DNA of 64,000 nt from Clostridia bacterium. Lineage in GTDB: Bacteria > Bacillota > Clostridia > UBA1381. Below are positions 57,608 through 64,000 of the stretch, one piece after another. Positions within the stretch are counted from its first letter, which is position 1. Each line of letters opens with the position of its first letter. The stretch covers positions 55,127 to 119,126 of the forward strand of contig JAFQJD010000004.1 of the NCBI GenBank assembly GCA_017415105.1, read 5' to 3'. The notes below the pieces were generated by a model. The model saw only the letters and a list, made by a program, of their open reading frames with translations. It did no database searches and had not been told where the DNA came from. Both the position numbers and the translations under genes were made by a program.

Positions 57608-58654
57608 TTATTCTTCCCCTGCTGATATATCTATCTTCCAGCCTGTCAATTTTGCGGCAAGCCTTACGTTCTGTCCCGACTTACCGATTGCAAGTGACAG
57701 CTGATATTCCGGCACTGTAACCTTAGCACTCTTTTCTTCTTCGTCTACATCACAGGTAAGTACCTTCGCCGGTGAAAGTGCCGCTGTTATAAACTCTTTG
57801 GGATCCTCGCTCCATTTGATTATGTCTATTTTCTCGTTCTTGAGTTCGTTGTTGATTGCCATTACACGGATTCCGCGGCTACCTATACATGAACCCTGTG
57901 CATCTACATCAGGGTCATTTGAATGTACTGCAATCTTTGTTCTTGAACCGCCCTCACGTGCGATACCCTTGATTTCAACTATACCCTCTTCAATTTCAGG
58001 AACTTCCATCTCAAAGAGCTTCTTTATAAGTCCCGGATGAGTTCTTGAAAGTATGAGCTGTGTATTTTTATAGCCTGAACGTATATCGCTCACATAGAAA
58101 CGCATTGTTTCACCCTGCTTATAGACCTCACCCTCCGGTTGTTCACGTTTGGGCAGAAATGCCTCGGTTTCTTTATACTGATCAACTTTTACGTGAACTC
58201 TGTCAGACTCAACAAGCATTATCGTACCCGTTACAAGTCCGAGCGACTGGTCCTGACGGTCGTTGTATAAAACATCACGTTCCGCCTCACGGATACGCTG
58301 TGTTACAACCTGCTTTGCAGTCATTGCACTCATTCTTCCGAAGTCCATCGGTGTTACTTCTATATTTACAGTATCGCCAAGCTCGTATTCGCCTGAAATT
58401 GCTCTTGCATCGTCAAGTGAAATCTGCTCTCTCTCATCTTCCACAAGCTCAACTACTGTCTTTTGAGCATAAACGTGTATCTCGCCCGTTTTTCTGTCGA
58501 TTGAAACGAGCACGTTCGGTGCATCATTCTTGCCCTTGTAATAGTTTTTCTTGTACGCCGCAACGAGTGCCGCCTCAAGTGCATCGAGTATAACATTTTC
58601 GTCTATACCCTTTTCCATGCATAAATCCTTAATTGCTTTAATCAGTTCGTTCAT
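57608..58654 (-). CDS. nusA: transcription termination/antitermination factor NusA
   Basis: NusA N-terminal domain, S1 domain and two KH domains (GSCIGSRG, LAIGKSGQNVRLA). Confidence 0.95.
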   Translation of the reverse strand: MNELIKAIKDLCMEKGIDENVILDALEAALVAAYKKNYYKGKNDAPNVLVSIDRKTGEIHVYAQKTVVELVEDEREQISLDDARAISGEYELGDTVNIEVTPMDFGRMSAMTAKQVVTQRIREAERDVLYNDRQDQSLGLVTGTIMLVESDRVHVKVDQYKETEAFLPKREQPEGEVYKQGETMRFYVSDIRSGYKNTQLILSRTHPGLIKKLFEMEVPEIEEGIVEIKGIAREGGSRTKIAVHSNDPDVDAQGSCIGSRGIRVMAINNELKNEKIDIIKWSEDPKEFITAALSPAKVLTCDVDEEEKSAKVTVPEYQLSLAIGKSGQNVRLAAKLTGWKIDISAGEE

Positions 58655-58674
58655 TTTCTTATCTCCTTATTCTT

Positions 58675-59121
58675 TTAGAAAACAAATTTTAATCTTATAT
58701 AAACAGCGTCCTTCACAGGTATCTGTTTTTCTTCGCCGTTACAGTCGATTGTTGCTGTTTTGTCACTGTATCCCTTTAAGATACCGTCAAATTCTTTCAC
58801 GCCGTCAAGCGGAGCAAAGAGTTTGACCTCTACCTCACGTCCGAGATAGTAAAGAAACTCACGTTCTTTTTTCAGTTTTCTGTCAACGCCGGGCGATGAA
58901 ACCTCAAGTGAATATTCAGAAGCTATTATATCCTCTCTGTCAAGAACCTCCTCAACAGCACGTGAAAATGCTTCACACTCATCAATTCCGACTCCGCCTT
59001 CTCGGTCGATATAGTAGCACAGTATCCCGTTTGCATAAGAAACATCCACTATATACACGCCAAGGTTTTCTGCCGTCGTCTCTGCCAGTGACAGTGCAGT
59101 AATTTCTGTTTTATTTGCCAT
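58675..59121 (-). CDS. rimP: ribosome maturation factor RimP
   Basis: RimP fold motifs (LEVSSPG.DR.L). The ATG at 59121 follows a GAAGAGGA RBS. The longer ORF to 59259 covers the promoter. Confidence 0.85.
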   Translation of the reverse strand: MANKTEITALSLAETTAENLGVYIVDVSYANGILCYYIDREGGVGIDECEAFSRAVEEVLDREDIIASEYSLEVSSPGVDRKLKKEREFLYYLGREVEVKLFAPLDGVKEFDGILKGYSDKTATIDCNGEEKQIPVKDAVYIRLKFVF

Positions 59122-59147
59122 ATCGTCCTCTTCTTTAATAATAATTA

Positions 59148-59171
59148 AAGAGTGCGTCAGAACGCACTCTT
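59148..59171 (-). promoter_or_regulatory. leader stem-loop of the rimP-nusA-infB operon (possible attenuator)
   Basis: Minus-strand RNA AAGAGUGCG uucuga CGCACUCUU followed by UAAUUAUUAUU, located between the promoter and the rimP RBS. Confidence 0.45.
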
Positions 59172-59230
59172 CAGAATTTTCATTAACCAAATCGCAGAAT
59201 TTGGAAAATCTCAATATTCCAAGCATACAT

Positions 59231-59259
59231 ATAATACCATAAAAATCGGTATTTGTCAA
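59231..59259 (-). promoter_or_regulatory. sigma-A type promoter of the rimP-nusA-infB operon
   Basis: On the minus strand: TTGACA, a 17 nt spacer ending in TGG, then TATTAT. Confidence 0.6.
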
Positions 59260-59274
59260 GCTTTTTACGCATTT

Positions 59275-60453
59275 TTATTCTGTCACGGATTCCGGTGCCT
59301 CTGTCGGTGCCGGCGGAGTATATGTCTGGGTAATGTTATTCAACAGACACAACTCATCATTTGTAAGCTCAGATGCCTTTATACCGTTAAGAGTTACCTT
59401 GTTAGCTGTACGCACGTATCCGCCCGTCGTGATATAACCGTCAGAATAAAGCGAGGGTGCATTACCTGACTTTGTATATGTCATACGTGTAGTATCTGCA
59501 TTGCTGAACATTTCATCCACCAATGCCGTAAGTGCCGGCATATTCGGAAGAAATACTGCACCGTTTGCATCCTCGTTGACATTGTCGCCCGGGATTGTTT
59601 CGCTTCGTATTCCTGCCGATGTGAAATCAGCAAGGTATCTTGAATACTTGATTATATCTGCAACAGTAAAGTTGGTATCAACCTCACTCATAACGTCTGA
59701 GAATATAGTCGGAAGCTTGTTTATAAGTGCAAGGTTAAGTTTCTGTTCAACCAGTGCTTTTATAAACTCCTGCTGGACTTTTATTCTGTCTTCATCGCCA
59801 TTTACATATACTTTTCTGATTCCGGTTATCGGGTCTTCATTACCCTTACGGTATCTTAAAAGATGTACAACCTGTTCACCGTTAAGCTCATATGTTCCGG
59901 GCGGCAGGTTTATGTGTAAATCCTGTGTCGGGTCATCATAAACCATTCCGACACCGTCGCCGTAAAGGTCAGGAATTGTAAATGTTACAGGACCAATGCT
60001 GTCCATAACCTTTTCCATAGTCGAAAACGAAAAATCAATATAATAATTTATCGGTACTCCCGTCAGTCTTGCTATAGCCTCACATGTTCCGAGTGCACCG
60101 GCAATTTTTCCGTCGGTCGAATATGCGTGTGCCGCATTTACCTTCTGATATCTGTTACCGATATACATTCTTAAATCTCGCGGTACAGAAAGCATATTCA
60201 CAGTGTTTGCTTCCGTGTCGTATGATGCAAGCATAATAGCATCGGTCCGCAACCCGTCAGCATCCGTACACATCACAAGCACATTTATAATTCCGCCGTT
60301 TCCGGGAGTTGTCAGTCCACCGTTAAGGCTTGCACGCAGTTTTGCCGCACCTCCGGTAAAATCTATACCCATAAGTGCGAAAAATACTACAAGAAGAACA
60401 CCAAGTGCCGCCGCAAGGGACTGAAAATATTTCTTCATAAATCCTTTTTTCAC
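59275..60453 (-). CDS. LytR-CpsA-Psr (LCP) family cell-wall glycopolymer transferase
   Basis: N-terminal TM and an LCP core (NVLVMCTDADGLRTDAIMLAS, SVPRDL). Confidence 0.85.
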   Translation of the reverse strand: MKKGFMKKYFQSLAAALGVLLVVFFALMGIDFTGGAAKLRASLNGGLTTPGNGGIINVLVMCTDADGLRTDAIMLASYDTEANTVNMLSVPRDLRMYIGNRYQKVNAAHAYSTDGKIAGALGTCEAIARLTGVPINYYIDFSFSTMEKVMDSIGPVTFTIPDLYGDGVGMVYDDPTQDLHINLPPGTYELNGEQVVHLLRYRKGNEDPITGIRKVYVNGDEDRIKVQQEFIKALVEQKLNLALINKLPTIFSDVMSEVDTNFTVADIIKYSRYLADFTSAGIRSETIPGDNVNEDANGAVFLPNMPALTALVDEMFSNADTTRMTYTKSGNAPSLYSDGYITTGGYVRTANKVTLNGIKASELTNDELCLLNNITQTYTPPAPTEAPESVTE

Positions 60454-60477
60454 GGTTTTATCCTTTCTCCGTCAATT

Positions 60478-61758
60478 TCAGTTGTTTAGCTTCAGTACAT
60501 TATCTGCCGCAACAGTTATTCCGAGCTTTGCAGATTCATAGGTGAGACCGCCCTGCATATATGCAATATACGGTTCCCTCAATGGTGCATCCGCAGAAAG
60601 CTCGATTGATGCACCCTGCACAAACGCACCTGCCGCCATTATTACCTGATCCTGATAACCCGGCATATCCCATGGTTCGGGGACTACAAAGCTGTCAACC
60701 GGTGCACCCTTCTGTATGCCCTGAATGAATGCTATCATCTTGTCCTTGTCACCAAACTTTACTGACTGTATTATATCGTGACGTCCGCCATCAGGTAACG
60801 GGTCAGTTTCATACCCAAGCATAGAAAACACCGATGCACACAAGGTTGCTGCTTTAAGTGCCTGAAGCACTGTATGCGGTGCCATAAAAAGTCCCTGATA
60901 CGCCTGACGGTTAAAGTCAAGCGTTGCACCGCATTCTCTGCCGATACCAACACAGGTCATTCTGTATGAGCAAAGCTCGATGAGGTTCTTTTTGCCTGCT
61001 ATATAACCGCCCGTCGGAGCAAGTCCGCCACCGGGGTTTTTTATAAGTGAGCCGGCAATCAAATCCGCTCCAAAATCTGTCGGCTCTTTTGTATCTGCAA
61101 ACTCACCGTAGCAGTTATCAACTATACAAAGTGTATCAGGCGATATACCTTTTACAAACTTAACTATCTCACCGATTTTCTCTGCACTGTATGTCGGACG
61201 CCAGCCGTAACCCTTTGAACGCTGTATCATAACGGCACGTATCTTTTTAGATTTCAATGCTTTTTCTACGCCATCAAAATCGACTTCGCCGTCTATGAGG
61301 TCTATCTGCTTATATGCAATACCGAAATCCTTGAGAGAACCGTTTCCGTCTTCACCCGCAATGCCTATAACCTCTTCTAATGTATCATACGGCTTACCGG
61401 TCACTGCAAGCAATGTATCACCCGGTCGCAACACTGCATAAAGCATCGTGGAGAGGGTATGCGAACCGTTTACCCAGTTATGACGCACCAGAGCATCTTC
61501 TGCACCAAAGACCTGTGCATATATTTTATCAAGTGTATCACGTCCGTCATCATCATAGCCATAGCCGGTTGTCGGCATAAAATGGCGTTCAGACACACGG
61601 TTATCCGAAAATGCACGCATTACCTTGAGCTGATTTATTTCAGCAGTTTCTTCAAGCTCTCTGAATTTGTCGGTCACTGCTTTTTCAGCTTCGCATACAA
61701 GCTCTATTGAACGTTGTGACACTCCAAAGGCATCTACTATATATTCTGTCTTATTCAT
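60478..61758 (-). CDS. YnbB-like PLP-dependent methionine gamma-lyase-family ('aluminium resistance') protein
   Basis: GSLIKNPGGGLAPTGGYIAGKK is a family-typical PLP-Lys region. Confidence 0.8.
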   Translation of the reverse strand: MNKTEYIVDAFGVSQRSIELVCEAEKAVTDKFRELEETAEINQLKVMRAFSDNRVSERHFMPTTGYGYDDDGRDTLDKIYAQVFGAEDALVRHNWVNGSHTLSTMLYAVLRPGDTLLAVTGKPYDTLEEVIGIAGEDGNGSLKDFGIAYKQIDLIDGEVDFDGVEKALKSKKIRAVMIQRSKGYGWRPTYSAEKIGEIVKFVKGISPDTLCIVDNCYGEFADTKEPTDFGADLIAGSLIKNPGGGLAPTGGYIAGKKNLIELCSYRMTCVGIGRECGATLDFNRQAYQGLFMAPHTVLQALKAATLCASVFSMLGYETDPLPDGGRHDIIQSVKFGDKDKMIAFIQGIQKGAPVDSFVVPEPWDMPGYQDQVIMAAGAFVQGASIELSADAPLREPYIAYMQGGLTYESAKLGITVAADNVLKLNN

Positions 61759-61804
61759 TATTATATCCTATCCTGAAAAATGTAATCTTAATTACTGCTT
61801 ATAA

Positions 61805-61844
61805 GTATAATCTAAATAGCTATACATAGCTATTTAGATTATAC
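61805..61844. promoter_or_regulatory. perfect 18 bp inverted repeat (candidate operator) overlapping the -10 box
   Basis: GTATAATCTAAATAGCTA taca TAGCTATTTAGATTATAC. Confidence 0.6.
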
Positions 61845-61866
61845 CACAGCTGTCACTCTTTGTCAA
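61838..61866 (-). promoter_or_regulatory. consensus sigma-A promoter for the ynbB-like gene
   Basis: On the minus strand: TTGACA, a 17 nt spacer ending in TGG, then TATAAT. Confidence 0.65.
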
Positions 61867-61925
61867 ATCATATAACAAATTGTTTACATTTGGAAAATAA
61901 AATAACCGCACTTCAAAATGTACGG

Positions 61926-62420
61926 TTATTCCGGATATGTAAATTTATATACATCACGCATATCATAGAAGCCAAGAAATTCTTTATGTATATCCCCGTC
62001 AATCGTAAATCTCACAAACCTTATACCTTTGATTGAGGTAAGAGTGTTTACAATCTGGTATATAAATAATCTCTCAATATCACGGCTGTAATGCATCTCC
62101 TTTTTTATGTCGGATGATATATCCACATACGCAACATTGTCTTTGACACGTACAATAAGACTATCTTCTATATCAGGGATTATGCGTCTGACACTGTCAC
62201 TCCCGTCACGGCCTGCTATAAGCTTATTAAGAGCGTCCTGAGTCATATCCTCCGGCTCTGCATCAATTATACTGCCGGTATATGGCAGAAGCCTGTTAAG
62301 TCGTGCATCAACAAAGTACAGTTCTGTATCAGTTCTTGGCACGTCCTCACTTCGGGTACACGCAACAGCGAACAGAACCACTCCGGTAATTAATATCATA
62401 AAAAAGACAAATTTTCTCAC
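61926..62420 (-). CDS. GerMN-domain lipoprotein
   Basis: Probable GTG start at 62420 after a GGAGG RBS. Lipobox LFAVAC and a GerM-like domain (ELYFVD..LLPY). Confidence 0.7.
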   Translation of the reverse strand: MRKFVFFMILITGVVLFAVACTRSEDVPRTDTELYFVDARLNRLLPYTGSIIDAEPEDMTQDALNKLIAGRDGSDSVRRIIPDIEDSLIVRVKDNVAYVDISSDIKKEMHYSRDIERLFIYQIVNTLTSIKGIRFVRFTIDGDIHKEFLGFYDMRDVYKFTYPE

Positions 62421-62477
62421 ATCTATTCCTCCATATACTTTATGTATATGAAGAAACAAACGGATTTAGAACCATAT

Positions 62478-62726
62478 TTATGATTGCATTGCGTGTTTTA
62501 TCGCTTTCGCAAGCTGGTCTGGACAAGATGTGCCACGACCGCCACAGTCGATACCCTCAAGACGGCGTATAACCTCGTCTGCTTTCATCCCCTCACACAA
62601 TGCACCAACACCCTGTGTGTTGCCGTTACAGCCACGGGTAAACTTCACGTTATTTACAATTCCGTCGTTTATCTCAAACTCAACCTGCACTGAGCATACG
62701 CCTCGGGTTGTATATGCGTATTTCAT
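62478..62726 (-). CDS. TSCPD-domain protein (TIGR03905-like)
   Basis: Has CGNTQG-like CNGNTQGVGALCEGM and CGGRGTSCPDQLAKA. The ATG at 62726 follows an AAAGGAAAA RBS. Confidence 0.75.
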   Translation of the reverse strand: MKYAYTTRGVCSVQVEFEINDGIVNNVKFTRGCNGNTQGVGALCEGMKADEVIRRLEGIDCGGRGTSCPDQLAKAIKHAMQS

Positions 62727-62754
62727 ATGAATTTTCCTTTCTCTGTGTAGTTTA

Positions 62755-62778
62755 AATGCAGGGGAATTCCCCTGCATT
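62755..62778 (-). terminator. stem-loop after secF
   Basis: Perfect 24 nt palindrome AATGCAGGGGAA/TTCCCCTGCATT. Confidence 0.55.
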
Positions 62779-62784
62779 CAAGTC

Positions 62785-63732
62785 TTATTTATTCTTCTTG
62801 TTTGACTTCTTTTCAGCTGCAGCTGCTGCCTTTGCCTCAGCTGACGCCTTTTCCCATGCTGCCCAGAATGTACTTGCAACAAAGATTGAAGTATAAGCAC
62901 CTGCTATAATACCGATTATAAGCGGAAGTGCAAACTGCTTGATTGTTGAAACTCCAAGTATATAGATAAGAACTATTGTAATGAGAGTTGTAATAGTCGA
63001 GTTAACTGTACGTCCCATAGTCTCTCGTATACTTCTGTTTGTCATTTCAGCAATTGACTCATTACGCTTGCGGAATCTCTTATTCTCACGGATACGGTCG
63101 AATATAACAATTGTATTGTTGATAGAATAACCAACAACCGTAAGCATTGCAGCGATAAATGTTGTGTTCAGTGCAATATTCGTGATTGTATAAACAGCCG
63201 CCATAACAAGCACATTTATGACAAGTGCGAATATTGCCATAACACCGCTCTTTAAATCGAAACGGAATATGATGTAGATAAGGATGAAGAGTATAGCAAG
63301 TAATGTGAATGATACCGCCTTGCCCTGTACCTCTTTACCGAAGCTCGGGTCTGCTGACTGTGCACTCATAAGTGCCTCATCCTTGAGTTTATACTCGTCC
63401 TTTAAAGCATCAAATGCCTTGTTCTTGTTCTCCTCATCTTTCTCAGTTGTTTCACTTGCAGGGAGCTTAATTACTGCAACATCGCTTGTTGAGCCTGCCT
63501 GAACAATTGCATCAAGACCTGTTGCCTTTTCAACTATTTTCTCAACATCGGCGTTCTTGAAGTTTTCGCCAACGTCTACCTGCATTCTGATACCGCCCAT
63601 GAACTCAACGTCAAAGTTGAAACCGCCATGAACGAAGTACATAACGATACCTGCTATGATAATAATAACCGGAAGCAGAAGGAGTTTAACTTTGTTTTTT
63701 GTAAAATCAAATGTCTTATTCATTTTCTGCAC
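62785..63732 (-). CDS. secF: protein translocase subunit SecF
   Basis: Six-TM SecF pattern (FMGG, SINNTIVIFDRIRE). Confidence 0.9.
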   Translation of the reverse strand: MQKMNKTFDFTKNKVKLLLLPVIIIIAGIVMYFVHGGFNFDVEFMGGIRMQVDVGENFKNADVEKIVEKATGLDAIVQAGSTSDVAVIKLPASETTEKDEENKNKAFDALKDEYKLKDEALMSAQSADPSFGKEVQGKAVSFTLLAILFILIYIIFRFDLKSGVMAIFALVINVLVMAAVYTITNIALNTTFIAAMLTVVGYSINNTIVIFDRIRENKRFRKRNESIAEMTNRSIRETMGRTVNSTITTLITIVLIYILGVSTIKQFALPLIIGIIAGAYTSIFVASTFWAAWEKASAEAKAAAAAEKKSNKKNK

Positions 63733-64000
63733 CTCCTGTTACCTTTTTAGCACTGTAGAACAGCTTCTTGTTTGTTACACCCATATTCACAAGGTTTCTC
63801 ATAAGAATCTTTGTGATTACGATAGCAGTGAACATTGAAAGCACAACGCCTATACCAAGTGTTGTAGCAAAACCTGTTACTGTACCTATGCCTGACATAT
63901 AAAGAACTACACAAGTAATGATTGTTGTGATGTTCGAGTCAATAATAGCTGAAAGTGCCTTTGCAAAGCCTGCCTCAACAGATGCACGGATGCTCTTGCC
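63716..64000 (-). CDS. secD: protein translocase subunit SecD, C-terminal part (gene continues beyond the window)
   Basis: The frame is open to the window edge (..GKSIRASVEAGFAKALSAIIDSNITTIITCVVLYMSGIG..). It overlaps the secF start. Confidence 0.85.
   Translation of the reverse strand, partial: GKSIRASVEAGFAKALSAIIDSNITTIITCVVLYMSGIGTVTGFATTLGIGVVLSMFTAIVITKILMRNLVNMGVTNKKLFYSAKKVTGGAENE

Overview
This 64 kb window looks like ordinary chromosome from a medium/low-GC Firmicute of the Clostridia type; I cannot name the species. The lineage call rests on sporulation-associated genes: spmB, a GerMN lipoprotein, and an FtsI/SpoVD-type PBP with PASTA domains.

About 70 CDS are supported, and most are housekeeping:
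- A hom-thrB-aspartate kinase operon, rlmB, an ACT/UPF0210 pair, ridA and leuA.
- A dcw cell-wall cluster: mraZ-rsmH-ftsL-PBP-murE-murF-mraY-ftsW-murG.
- mutS2, ybaK and a DUF1015 gene.
- On the minus strand, a long conserved block: secD-secF ... rimP-nusA-ylxR-ylxQ-infB-rbfA-nrnA-truB-ribF-pth-mfd-prsA-like-gyrA-ppiB.

Three small accessory islets interrupt this:
- 10.2-15.8 kb: a small ORF plus a BspA-type LRR surface protein, a nitroreductase, an XRE regulator, a secreted Cys-His hydrolase/ricin-lectin protein, a lipoprotein and a zinc-ribbon membrane protein.
- 36.0-38.9 kb: three AT-rich small ORFs, a lone spmB, and a TetR regulator with small membrane proteins.
- 39.2-42.8 kb: a sugar-type oxidoreductase pair, an AraC regulator and a DUF4886 gene.

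I found no rRNA, tRNA, CRISPR array, transposase, integrase, reverse transcriptase or recognisable defence or toxin module, and no clear novel multi-gene protein system.

The most unusual signal is non-coding. Several very long imperfect intergenic hairpins (4885-4962, 5256-5361, 10094-10177, 53882-53957, 53964-54033) have transition mismatches that are strongly strand-asymmetric, becoming G.U pairs mostly on the minus strand. Two of them share a conserved apical module on unrelated, covarying lower stems. There is also a compact structured, terminator-bounded non-coding segment at 38914-39078. All coordinates, start-site refinements, promoters and pairings come from reading the sequence by hand; nothing was searched against databases.
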